A stretch of DNA of 64,000 bases from Amphiscolops sp. MND2022. Lineage: Eukaryota. The notes beneath the pieces are model-generated. The model searched no databases and was not told where the DNA came from. It was given only the letters and a program-made list of their open reading frames with translations. Positions 12,805-24,119 of this stretch are shown here, piece by piece. The first letter of the stretch is position 1, and every line of letters begins with the position of its first letter. The position numbers and the translations under genes are program-made. Location: NCBI GenBank assembly GCA_964187785.1, contig OZ076409.1, positions 21,950,001 to 22,014,000 on the forward strand, in the 5' to 3' direction.

Positions 12805-15800
12805 TAGCCTCTTCAAATTATATGAATGGGATCCTGATTTTGTCTACTCTGTATGCAAAAGTAGTCTACATTTTTGTTAGGGGGTTTCTAGCTTACAAAT
12901 TGAAACGTAAAAAATCAAAGCCTAAACATAAAAACAACTTAAAAGAACAAAGTGTTGAGAACGAATGGATTTTTCATTTGAACATAAGGTCTATCGACTA
13001 CAATTTTGAAGAACTAGAAACGCATATAGATACCTTTCGTGAAAACAAACCGTGTTTTATTTGCTTGTCCGAAACATGGATGACTGAATCCTCAGACAAA
13101 AATGCCTACGCACTAGAATCCTATGCACCTATGGAATTTGATCCTGGTTCAACAAGAATAGAAGGTGTTGCAATATATGTCCATGAATCGCTGGCATTTG
13201 AACTTTTGGAGCTTAACATACAGAAAGATTCTATTCCTGATCTAAACTATACTGGAGTCAATTGTACCGCTAGGAATAAGGAAAAATTTACCGTTGTATG
13301 CTTATACAATTCGCCTTCCGTAAATAAACATGATTTCTTGGATCAGTTTGAGTTACTTCTTGAGTCTCTTAGTCAAATTAAGAACTACTATCTAATAGGC
13401 GATATTAATATTGACCTCTTGGAATGCAACCCTGTTGCAGATAGGTATCTGAAATTGTTGGAAATTCATGGTTGCGCCCAAGGAATCGAAGAACCAACCC
13501 GTGTAACGCTTGACTCAGAATCGTTAATCGATCATATAATCCATAATGACTACCAAAGACCTCTGGAATTTGGAGTTATCAAGACGTATATTACAGACCA
13601 TTTTGCAACCTACGTTGATTTGAATATAAGTAAATCTAAATCCATTCGTTCTCAACATTTTATTAAGGATAGACCATTTCTCCGGGATGGTAATGCAACA
13701 AGTCTCTACCTAAATTACTTAAAACATTGCCTGGAACTTGTAGACTTAGGACAGGACATCAATGCATCTACTGAATTGTTTGCCAATGCAATATCGGAAG
13801 CAGTAAATGCTTTCACAGTTGAAAAACAATCAGAACACCAAGATGCCGTAAGACCTTGGTTCACAAAGGAAGTAAAAAAGGCCTTAATTCGAAGAAATTG
13901 TAGTTTCCACAGATACAAGCGCTGTAAAACCTATCAGAACAAGCTACGCTACACAAGAGCTAGAAATAATGTGCACCAGCAGCTTCGTAAAAGCAAGTGC
14001 GAATACTACGATTCACGTCTGAATGGGCTTATCAATAATCCTAAATGTTTCTACAAAGAACTAAACAAAATCACTGGTAAAGCAACAAAAAATTCCAACT
14101 TTGTTATCAAGAATGATAAAAATGAATTGATTACGGATGATATTGATGTGGCCGAATCGTTCAATGAAAAATTTGTTTCCATCAGTAAAACCTTAGCTTC
14201 TTCAATTGATAATGTCCCATTCACGACTCATGGTATAAAAACTAATGAAAAATCACTATTTTTTTATCCAGCTGATGGCACTGAGATTTCGAGGATTATA
14301 AAAAATCTTAAGAACCATAAATCACCTGGTCTAGATGGACTGACTGCAGAAATACTAAAAGTGAGTCACGATGTAATAGTTGAAAAATTAACTCATCTTG
14401 TGAATGACTCGCTAAAAAGTGGAACATTTCCTCAGGTTTTGAAAGCTGCGAGAGTGGTACCGATATACAAATCCGGCAAAAAATCTATACGTGAAAATTA
14501 CAGACCCATATCTGTTTTATCAGTATTGAGCAAAATATTTGAACGTGTTGTGCATGAACGATTATATAATTTCATGGATAAAAATAAGCTATTATACCCA
14601 AAACAATTTGGATACAGGTCAAAACTGAGCCCCATCCACGCTCTTTCCGATATTACAGAAATGATTAGGGATAATTCTAACCTCGATATTTCTTGTATTT
14701 TGCTTGATTTACAAAAAGCCTTCGATACAATAAACCATGAATTTCTCTTGTATAAACTCGAAGCATACGGTGTCAGAGGAGTTTGCTTGGATTGGTTCCA
14801 ATCATATCTAAGTAAACGAAGTCAATGTGTTTCATTTAACGGTAAAGTCTCAAAACCATTACTTATTGACTGCGGCGTTCCTCAAGGATCTATTCTTGGC
14901 CCACTGCTCTTTATAATTTATGTAAATGATTTCCCGAACTCGTGTAAAAACATTATTCCGTTTCTCTTTGCGGATGATGCTAATTGCGTTTACGCGAGAC
15001 CCAAAAATGAGACATCTACATTACAAGATGAAGTTGAACACAATCCTGGATGGATGGCTATGAATAAACTTAGTCAAAATATTTTTTTGAAAAATTTTTT
15101 AAACTGCAAAGATGAAAGCATAGTATTGAAAAATACTGAAATAACATGTACTGAATATGTTAAATATCTGGGTATCTTACTTGATAAAAATTTAACCTGT
15201 GGTTTCCACGTCAAACGAGTACTGAATAAATTAGCTAAACATGTATCCATTATTAACCGTCTAAGGCCTTTCACCAGTAGTTCGGTAGTGATACGATATT
15301 ATAAAACATACATGAAACCAATTATCCAATACGGACTCTTGATATATGGGTGCACGAGGAAGAGTGCACTGAATGATATATTTCTTGTTCAGAAAAAAAT
15401 CCTCCGTATTACATATTTTAAAAACAGACGATATCCATCGGATGAATTGTTCAAAAGAAGCGAAATTATGAATGTTTTTGATCTACACGTATTTGAACTA
15501 TTAAAATTCGCCGTGCGTTCTAGTAGAGAAAGTCAACTGCCTAATATCAAGAGCGTATTTATCCACAAAAATTCACTTGTTTTTACTCGGAGTGTTTCTT
15601 CCAATATGTTTTATGTACCTGAAGCACAAACGCAAGTTAGCCGACAATCACTAAAATATCGTGGAACTGTCTTACTGAATCATCTACTAAAAACGAAGCT
15701 ATTACCTCGCAATTACGAATCTATCGGTGAAAATGAGACTAAAAGATTGATATTAAAATTTAAAAACAAAATAAGTAGCGAACGTCTGGCAGACATAGTT

Positions 15801-15809
15801 TTTTGTTGA
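12801..15809 (+). CDS. LINE ORF2: AP endonuclease plus reverse transcriptase
   Basis: EN motifs HLNIRS, LSETW, IGDINID, SLIDHI, TDH. RT motifs KSPGLDG, NYRPISVL, LDLQKAFD, GVPQGSILGP, FADD, KYLG. Confidence 0.95.
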   Translation: MIASSNYMNGILILSTLYAKVVYIFVRGFLAYKLKRKKSKPKHKNNLKEQSVENEWIFHLNIRSIDYNFEELETHIDTFRENKPCFICLSETWMTESSDKNAYALESYAPMEFDPGSTRIEGVAIYVHESLAFELLELNIQKDSIPDLNYTGVNCTARNKEKFTVVCLYNSPSVNKHDFLDQFELLLESLSQIKNYYLIGDINIDLLECNPVADRYLKLLEIHGCAQGIEEPTRVTLDSESLIDHIIHNDYQRPLEFGVIKTYITDHFATYVDLNISKSKSIRSQHFIKDRPFLRDGNATSLYLNYLKHCLELVDLGQDINASTELFANAISEAVNAFTVEKQSEHQDAVRPWFTKEVKKALIRRNCSFHRYKRCKTYQNKLRYTRARNNVHQQLRKSKCEYYDSRLNGLINNPKCFYKELNKITGKATKNSNFVIKNDKNELITDDIDVAESFNEKFVSISKTLASSIDNVPFTTHGIKTNEKSLFFYPADGTEISRIIKNLKNHKSPGLDGLTAEILKVSHDVIVEKLTHLVNDSLKSGTFPQVLKAARVVPIYKSGKKSIRENYRPISVLSVLSKIFERVVHERLYNFMDKNKLLYPKQFGYRSKLSPIHALSDITEMIRDNSNLDISCILLDLQKAFDTINHEFLLYKLEAYGVRGVCLDWFQSYLSKRSQCVSFNGKVSKPLLIDCGVPQGSILGPLLFIIYVNDFPNSCKNIIPFLFADDANCVYARPKNETSTLQDEVEHNPGWMAMNKLSQNIFLKNFLNCKDESIVLKNTEITCTEYVKYLGILLDKNLTCGFHVKRVLNKLAKHVSIINRLRPFTSSSVVIRYYKTYMKPIIQYGLLIYGCTRKSALNDIFLVQKKILRITYFKNRRYPSDELFKRSEIMNVFDLHVFELLKFAVRSSRESQLPNIKSVFIHKNSLVFTRSVSSNMFYVPEAQTQVSRQSLKYRGTVLLNHLLKTKLLPRNYESIGENETKRLILKFKNKISSERLADIVFC

Positions 15810-15968
15810 TGCCCTTGTGTTTGGAGGGTCCTCCCCCGTTTAGGAATGATAACCTTTGGAGGGTCCCCTCTGGTGCTATATTTTAAATTGAACTGACTGC
15901 ATTGTACTTAACTTCTGTACTGGTACTATTGTTCAATTTTTTAAACATAGCATCAGAGAAAATTTAAT

Positions 15969-16000
<32 letters not shown>

Positions 16001-16100
16001 TGTATCAAGGCTTCATCAAATCAAAATGCGATATTTTGAACGCTTTCCTTCTTCCGGTGGAAAAGATCAAAAAAGTTCTAACAATATACAAAGTTCTGTA

Positions 16101-16256
16101 GAGTTGGCGCAGTGGTTAGACCACTTGCTCTCCGTTTGATTGCTAGCATTCTTGATGAAAAAAAGTTAATCAATTGGGTGGTGTAATTTTTTCTTAATAT
16201 TCAAAATATTAAACTCCTACTTCTAAACAGGGGGCTGTGTTCGATTCCACAGCACG
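16101..16256 (+). repeat. tRNA-derived (SINE head-like) relic
   Basis: A-box-like TGGCGCAGTGG at ~16104 and B-box GTTCGATTCC in a GCTGTG/CACAGC stem at ~16235-16254. The spacing is too long and there is no cloverleaf. Confidence 0.35.
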
Positions 16257-16429
16257 TGCTATATTTGGCAAATCTTTATGACACAAAAGTGTCATCTTTG
16301 AGTTTCTGATACTAAGTGACTTTCAGACAATTTATCGTTGTTCTGAAAGATTTTCCGAGGTTTCTTAATGTTTTCGTTGTTAAAGTTTCAAATGAGATTC
16401 AGACAATTTATCGTTGTTCGGAAAGATTT

Positions 16430-19400
16430 TCCGAGGTTTCTCAATGTTTTCGTTGTTGAAGTTTCAAATGAGATACAAACCTTCGTCTAAAGCTAAAAAA
16501 ATCTACTATCGAGTGTTTGCTTCGAGAATCTCTGTCGCAATTGGGTGAATATAAAAAGCAACTCGGAGGAGTGTTGTCTGAAACAGCACAAACAGTAAAG
16601 TTCATCGAACAAAAACTGGTCACTTCTGGAACCGATGGATAGATTCCAAATTCAAATCAACCTCTATTGTATGCAGACGCTGATAAGAAAACCCTCGATG
16701 AACATGACTACGATAGCAAAGCTCAAGAAACCAATGTTCTGTACAACATTCCAGAATCTTCTACCCCCCATGAAGACCCAAATTTGCTTACTTTTTGTGA
16801 GAAACTGAAAATCGCCCCTTCCAGAAAAAAATCTCTCAAGACTCGGAGAAGTCAAGCCAGAATCAACCGCTGGACCGCTGGTACCGTTCAGATCCAGGTA
16901 ACTTCCAGCTATGATCACCGCAAACCTTTGAGCAACCTTTTTCCTTCTGAAAGGTACTAAGATCTTCGGTAAACCAAAACTCTGCTGTAAGTCTTGGATA
17001 AAAAGAAAGATCTGCTAAGTAAACCACATGAGCTGATTCAGCTTGGTAAAATCGAGATTCTTTGAGAATAAGAGAACTGAAATTATTCCACAACTAATAA
17101 CACATTGACCCTGTAGAAATGGATAACTTGTCCATACTAAATGAAAAACTAGAAAACAAAACAACGATCCAAAATACTACCCATTGACAATCAAAAACTG
17201 AAATCTGCACCTTAACCTTCAATCCAGTAATCCAATCAGCAAGCAACTTATGACACTACTTAACTACCTTATGCTTAATGAAGTTGAAATAGCGATCCTG
17301 TAATCCAATCAGCAAGCAACTGATGACTCTACTTAACTACCTTGTGTTTAATGAAATTGAAATAGTTATATTAACCGAAACCTGGCTAAACACCAAATCT
17401 CTTTCTCTTTGAACAATTTGAGGTAATAACAAGGGTTGACAGGCCTGACGGTCAACACCGTTGGGTAGTAGTTCTTCGGAGAAAACAGAGAAAAATAAGC
17501 AACGTGATTTCAAAAAGAATAATTTTCAATTTTACGGCGTCTGCTTCGTCGTGGAGAATTCATCTGATACCCTCGCTTTCATCTGTGTTTATCTGCCACA
17601 CAGAACAAGCGATTACAGGGTCATACCAGAGCAACTTGAAAGTTTAATTCAAATTTGTCAACTCAGGACTATCCAAATTTACTCCAACGTTACTTACTTC
17701 CTTGTAGGTGATCTCAATCTGCCATCTTGTAACTGGCACGCAATGACTTGTTTTGTTCAAACAGAACAGAAAGTTGTAAATGTCTTTCGCGATTTTTCCT
17801 TTGAACCACTTATTCATGATACCCCTACGCATAAACTGGGAAACACTCTTGGTAACATCCTGACAACCTCAGAAGGTGCTTTTGTCTACTGGCAGGTGCG
17901 CAGAGAACTTTAGTAAGGCTATCATTTTCTAATTATATTAAAAACTGACTTCAGAGTGTTACCCATCAACACTAAGCAACCGATCCAATACTGTTTCAAT
18001 CAAGCTCAACATCTGGAAAAATGTATTGATTCTTAGAAATTTTTTGCTTTTGAAGACTCACCTAACGACGATACTATGTTTTTTTGAATTCCTTTGGTCT
18101 AGTGTTAAAACGAACTTTAAACAGAAACGAATGAAACGTACAGCTAACCCTGTTTTCTACAGCTCACTAACGATACATACTTTGAATAGGTTGAACACAA
18201 TGAGACGAAAAATAGTCCGAAACCCATCTAAAACAAATCTTTGTAGACTTTCTGAATTGGAAATTGAGTTTCGAGAGTTTTCCGAAATGGACAAAATCTG
18301 TTTCATTAATCGGTCAATGACTTCTAATCTCCCAAATTGTTTCGCCCCGCTGAGAAGTTTAAAGTCATCTGAATTTCCAAAGATTATGTTCATTGATCAA
18401 GAACGCTTTAAAAATCCTGTCGATATTGCCAACGGTTTCAATATAATTTTTCAACAAATTTCAACACCGAATTTTTTAAGGGCGTTGCATACTCATTTTC
18501 GGAGGCCATAAGTCTCAAGGAGTTCAAATTTTTTGTTCGACCTGATCTTATCCTAATTGAAATAATGAGAACCAAAATGTCAACTTATCCCACCAATGAA
18601 TATTTTCCCTGTCAGATTTTGAAAAGAGGTCCACAAATGTTTGCTGATCTTCTTGCGTATCTTTTTTACTCTATTACTCACTGCAAAATCTTTCCCGCAA
18701 TATGGAAAGTTGCCTTCATCAGACCCTTGCACAAAAGCTTATCCAAGGCCAGCATTGCAAACTACTGTCCCATCAGTTTATTATCGAAAATCTCCGTTAT
18801 TATCGAAAATTTTTGAACAGCTGCTTTTCGTTTATCTTTTTGGATTGTGCAAAGCTCAACTTCACCCCAAAAAATTTAGCTTTCAATCTCGGAAAAATGC
18901 TTTACTTCAATTAAAAGACTATCTGGAAACACTATCGCAAAAAATCTAGCACCATTCTCTCCGTTTAATAGGATTACGAAAAAGCGTTGGATAAAGTCCC
19001 TCACATAATTTTATTATCAAGATTGAAGCTCTTTGGATTTGATTCAGAGCTCCTTCTGCTTTTTGAATCTTATCTTAATGGGAGACCCCAAGTTGTCAAT
19101 GTGAACGGATATGTTTACATACATACATATTTACATATATACATATTTTTCGAACATCTGTCAGGACCTAGTGGAGTCCCTCAGGGGTCAGTTCTAGGAC
19201 CATTTTAATTCTTATATTTATTATTGACATTCCGAGTATTTTTCTTGACACTATGATCTGGTTGTTTGCCGATGATCTTAGGCTCCTTTTATCTTCACTG
19301 AATTTCCACAGTGACTTGACACGTCTCTAAAATTGGAACTCATCACATGGAATGATTGGCAATCACGGGAAAACGAATTGTTTAAATTTCAACGGGTTAA

Positions 19401-20147
19401 CCTATGTTACTATGAATGACTGTCTGTTAAAAAACGTTGATTATACAAAGGATCTGGGAATCATTGTAAGTCATAACCTTAAATGGACGGACAATGTGCA
19501 GATGAAACTTACAAAAGCCTTAAGAAGTTTTTTCATTGAAGCAAAAGATTCCATGGCAAACCCCATCAGAGAAAACATTCAATCTATATTTCTCACAAGT
19601 GTTAACTGTTATTTTATATGGGATCCATCTTGGTCACCCGATATGACTCGTTTGAAAATAATGGAAAATTATCAAAAACAGTGCTTCAAATGAGTTTTTG
19701 GTACAAAAACAACTTATCACCAGCTACTGAAAAATCACTTCTTTCTTCCCATTTGTCACCTTATTAAGCTAAGAGCTTTCATCTTTTTATCTCAACTGAT
19801 GAACAACAACTACTAATATGATTACCGGAAATTTCTTGTAGTTGATGATTCAATCAACCAGCGACGAATATGCTCATTCAATTTTTTCAAGACCAATACC
19901 CTTTCGACCAATTTTAACTCTTTTTTCACGAGGAGCGCGATTATGGCCATTTTTTTTCTGACACAAAATAATAAGTGGAGTTCAAAAGAGCAATGAAACA
20001 GCTGTTAACAAATTTCTGTTGAATAAAACATTTTCTATTGACGTTGTTTGTACCTAATATATTGTATGTACTTGTTCGAATTGTGTTTTGTTTGAAGTAT
20101 TAGCCAAATCTTTTGGTTTCTCTATGAGAATAAAGTCTCTCTCTCTC
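16430..20147 (+). pseudogene. Degraded LINE (EN and RT fragments)
   Basis: LTETWL (~17371), VGDLNLP, NYCPISLL, SGVPQGSVLGP, LFADDL (~19262) and KDLGIIV are spread over several frames with stops. AATAAA plus (TC)n tail at 20129-20147. Confidence 0.88.
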
Positions 20148-20509
20148 AGCGGAAGTCCCTTTCGTGTTCAGAGAGATCCTTTCCTGTGTGACTTAGTATT
20201 AGAAAGGCTGTTTTCGCACCGAAAATTTGGCAAGCTATTCATCGTGCCGAGAAATAATTATCAAACGCTTGATTAGCTGAAAATTGTATTGTAAGATATG
20301 CAATTAACAAGATCAGTGTTAAATTTCTATTGAACGCGTTTCGCGAATAAACTCATCACCAGCAACTGAAAAATATATGAAATGAATCAAATGGAAGTTA
20401 GAACATTATTTGTCTGAGATTTTTTTCTGTTCTTGCGACGAGTTTTCCGCCCGAGTCATTTCGGCGAGTTGCTTTTCGACAAGTTTTCCACCTAGTAGTT
20501 TTCCACCCA

Positions 20510-22617
20510 GAAAATTAACTCTAACATGGAACCACAGTCGTTAATTTACCAACAAATTCAAAATAACCTAATAGAAAATATTAACTCTAATCGTTCAGAT
20601 TTTCAAATTGAATATTTCAATAATCTGAAATCTGAACGTGACAGATGGAATTTCATCAACGAGACCAGGAATAGTAAGCGAATGAAAACAGAAATATTCA
20701 GCCTGAAAAACAGTTTCGGAGACATAGTGACTGATCAAAAACGAATTGCAAACTTACTGAACTACCGGTTCTCAAAATTAGGAGAGTATTTCGGACAGGC
20801 CAGACAATATATGAATACTACCTCGAAAGAAATAAAAAACAATAATAGAAAATTCAGCCTTCAGCCCATCTCCATATTTCAATGCAAAAAACATTTGAAA
20901 CGTTTAAATAAGAACAAACCGTTAGGCCCATCTGACATCCCAGCTTGGGCGCTGAAAGATTGTTTAAATTTACTAGCTGAACCGCTTTGCTTCATGATAA
21001 ATGCCTTTATTGAAGAAGGTAAATTTCCAGAGCACCTAAAACAAGCCCATGTTATACCGATCTATAAAAAGGGTGATAATGAAGATCCTGATAATTACAG
21101 ACCAATATCAATCACATCTTCTCTAGCAAAAGTTTTTGAACAAATCCTAAGAGAACAAATGAACGAATACCTTGAAAGGAACAAATTACTGGGCCCATTG
21201 CAATTTGGGTTCCGAGCAAAATATTCAACTACGGATGCATTACTATTCGCTACGGAAAATATAAGAAAGGATCTAGATGACAACCGAAGCACAGCAGCTG
21301 CTTTCTTAGACCTATCTAAAGCATTCAATTCGATGTCTCATGAAATCCTTTTAGAAAAATTGCATCATCTTAATTTCGATGAAAAGGCAATCAAAATGAT
21401 AAAGAGTTTTTTAACTGAAAGATGTCAAATGGTTAAATTATCCACATGTAACTCAGATTGGATTCAACTATACCAAGGTGTTCCACAAGGGACAGTTCTC
21501 GGACCACTTCTTTTCAACATCTATGTTAATGACATGCAACAATCTGTCATGGAAAATTGTAACTTAATCCAATATGCTGATGATACTATGATCTTTAGTT
21601 CACATAACGATCTAACGGAAGCTCGTAATAATTTACAACAAACAATAGAAAGCCTTGTCAATTTCTTCGAGAGTCACCAGTTAACAATCAATGCAGACAA
21701 AACGGAGTTTATCTGTTTTTGTAAACCATCTAAAAACGATATTGCCAGAAATCATACCGTGAAGGTTAAAAATCAAATTATCAATACATCAACAACTGTG
21801 AAATACTTAGGCGTTTATCTAGACCAGAATTTGAAATTTCAAGATGAAGTGAAAAACATCCTCCGGAAAATGGCTACCGGCATCAAAACACTTTATGCGA
21901 TACGTGATATTTTTCCAATTGCGACACGTTTATTATTACTCAATGCCTTAGTTCTTAGTCACCTACATTATTCTGCTATCTTACTAACTGGCATCAGTGA
22001 AAACTTGATTACAACTCTCGAAAAACAGTTGAATTGGGGAATCAAAGCCTGTTTCAACAGATCTAAGTTTGACCATTCAACAAATCTCAAAATGCGACAT
22101 AAAATCCTTCCTGTCCGATATTTTTTAGATTACAAATGCCTTTCATACCTTTGGAAATATAAAAATAACCTGATTCCAGCTTTTAATAATAAACTACAGT
22201 TACCGACTGCAAAGATAATGATACATAAAAGAACACAAACTGAATACTCAGATATGACAATAAGATCTGAATTTCTACGCAACTGTTTCTTTAAAAGAAC
22301 ATTACCCTTGTGGAACACTCTACCGAAAAATATGATAAAGGAGAAAATCTCATACGAAACCATGAAAAAAAGAATCAAATCTTTTCTTTTCAAAAGATAC
22401 GAAAATGATATAGACCGACCACAATATGGAATAAAATGTTGGAGTGTTTACCGTTTTACATAATTTGTCCCCATAATCACCCCCTTTTACATACCTTCAA
22501 TTACGCTTTTTAACACTTATATTGTACATATACACTGCCTCTTGAAATGGAATGGCATTTTTTAATACTATTTCAAGTTGGAAATACAGTGTTTTTTTTT
22601 TTTTTTTTTTTTTTTTT
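20510..22617 (+). mobile_element. 5'-truncated CR1/L2-group LINE
   Basis: RT ORF without EN, 3' UTR hairpin (22541-22577) and T26 tail (22592-22617). Flanked on both sides by GAC(G/A)AGTTTTCC-type repeats of an interrupted older element. Confidence 0.88.
20526..22463 (+). CDS. LINE reverse transcriptase (5'-truncated ORF2, frame intact)
   Basis: NYRPISIT, QFGFR, LDLSKAF, GVPQGTVLGP, YADD, KYLGV. Confidence 0.93.
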   Translation: MEPQSLIYQQIQNNLIENINSNRSDFQIEYFNNLKSERDRWNFINETRNSKRMKTEIFSLKNSFGDIVTDQKRIANLLNYRFSKLGEYFGQARQYMNTTSKEIKNNNRKFSLQPISIFQCKKHLKRLNKNKPLGPSDIPAWALKDCLNLLAEPLCFMINAFIEEGKFPEHLKQAHVIPIYKKGDNEDPDNYRPISITSSLAKVFEQILREQMNEYLERNKLLGPLQFGFRAKYSTTDALLFATENIRKDLDDNRSTAAAFLDLSKAFNSMSHEILLEKLHHLNFDEKAIKMIKSFLTERCQMVKLSTCNSDWIQLYQGVPQGTVLGPLLFNIYVNDMQQSVMENCNLIQYADDTMIFSSHNDLTEARNNLQQTIESLVNFFESHQLTINADKTEFICFCKPSKNDIARNHTVKVKNQIINTSTTVKYLGVYLDQNLKFQDEVKNILRKMATGIKTLYAIRDIFPIATRLLLLNALVLSHLHYSAILLTGISENLITTLEKQLNWGIKACFNRSKFDHSTNLKMRHKILPVRYFLDYKCLSYLWKYKNNLIPAFNNKLQLPTAKIMIHKRTQTEYSDMTIRSEFLRNCFFKRTLPLWNTLPKNMIKEKISYETMKKRIKSFLFKRYENDIDRPQYGIKCWSVYRFT

Positions 22618-24119
22618 AGTTTCGACCAAGTTGTTTTCGACGAGTTTTCCTAGATTCCTCTTCCAACAGTTACCATTTACATCAGGACTAACTATTTGAA
22701 CAGTCAGGCCATCTGGACATGGGGATTTGAAATTCCCCAAGTACATTATCAGCTTTGAAACTCCATTAAATGAAGTTGATAGACAGAACTTTGAACGTTG
22801 GAACAACTGTCTTCCACTCAAGACTTATTAAGAAGATCCGCTCTCAATGTTTGACGACAACATTTTACAAGCTGAGGCGGAGTCTTTATTGGATCATCGC
22901 TAAGTTATTCCAATTTTTTTGAGAGTCTCCCACAAGCATTGTCTAGTTTTTCTTGTTTGATTTTTTCCTGTCATTTTCTACAGTTCTCAGAGGAATGTTT
23001 TCTAGTTACTGAGCAATCAACTTGTGCAATGGCAATGACTGCCAGATGATTCCAAACGATGCCCAATTCGTTTCCTTGCAGAAACATTTGCGGTAGGACA
23101 AAGATTATGTTTAAAAATTGAGTCGATGTTGATTTGTACGTCAGCTGTGGCAACTGGCTGTTTTACTTGTGCTTTTGCCCAAGTGATTGTGAACGATGGT
23201 CGTAGCGTTTTGCCTAAAACAGTTTTCAATACCTGCTTGTGCCTCAGAGCCAATGGCCTCTTTTGCAGTTTTCCGGAGATTGTCCAGAAAGAAGTTCACA
23301 GAGTTTCTGTTTCGTGGTTTGCAACTTGAGAGCGTCTCACTCACGTCTGGTTTTCCCAATTGACAGAAGGTCTACAAGTCTCCGGTTGAATGCCGTTACA
23401 GTTTTGGATTGAAAATTTTTTTCCAGTGACGACGTGTCATTCGAGGCAGCGAGATTTATACTTTTGCTATATTTGCCCTTTTTGTTGAAAAGAAAGCAGA
23501 GAAGCACATCAGGATTAGCAGCGGAACGGAAGTTTTTGACACTGAAAGTGGCAATCTTCGAATTGTCTGGTCAAATGGGGAAAAACAATTTGTGACGTAG
23601 AATCTCCATAGAACAACGGAGAGAGCTGCCAACTATTTTGAACTGAGACTGTTCCTCGCCAAACCTCAGAGCGGTTGGGTTTGATGTTGTTACTTTCTGT
23701 TCATACATGTCATAATGTGCATATTATGTTACACCTGTACAGTTTAGACTGTGTTCCTGCTGCTATTTAGCTTTGGTGTGGTAAGTATGAAGTTTTTAGA
23801 CGTACTTTCCTGTGATCAGAGTACGATAGCTAAACTGTTTTCAAAGATATAGTTTTCAAAGGTTAATCAGACAACCGTTTTTTGTCCCAGTGCCCGTCAC
23901 CTCTAGCAGTAACAGATTGGAATGAGACGGAGGATGGTACCTCTCAAAAACGGGGCACTTTGAAGAAAAAGTGTTTTGTTTGGTAGATACAGCCCGTTCC
24001 GTAGATCCTTTCATGTCCGCTAGGACTGCTCGACCGTTCGCAACCTCGGTGCTTGGCGTTGTATTTGTGGAGATTTCTGGACTTTTTTAGTTGACCCCAA
24101 GGACCCCAGAATGACTCAA

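Larger units (their letters stand above)
12060..16001 (+). mobile_element. Near full-length non-LTR retrotransposon (CR1/L2-group LINE)
   Basis: ORF1 plus APE-RT ORF2, a short 3' UTR and a (TTTC)n tail at ~15968-16001. The 5' boundary is approximate. Confidence 0.9.

Noticed and set aside
16101..16256. Functional tRNA gene
   Set aside because: No acceptor or anticodon stems; the T-stem is imperfect and the boxes are ~130 nt apart.
16322..16475. ~77-bp tandem duplication (similar one at 17229-17365)
   Set aside because: Ordinary local duplications in or next to a decayed LINE.
22640..23560. Possible Helitron Rep fragment on the minus strand (QTLRADLL, LSTSFNG)
   Set aside because: Only two weak motif echoes in different frames; insufficient without a profile search.
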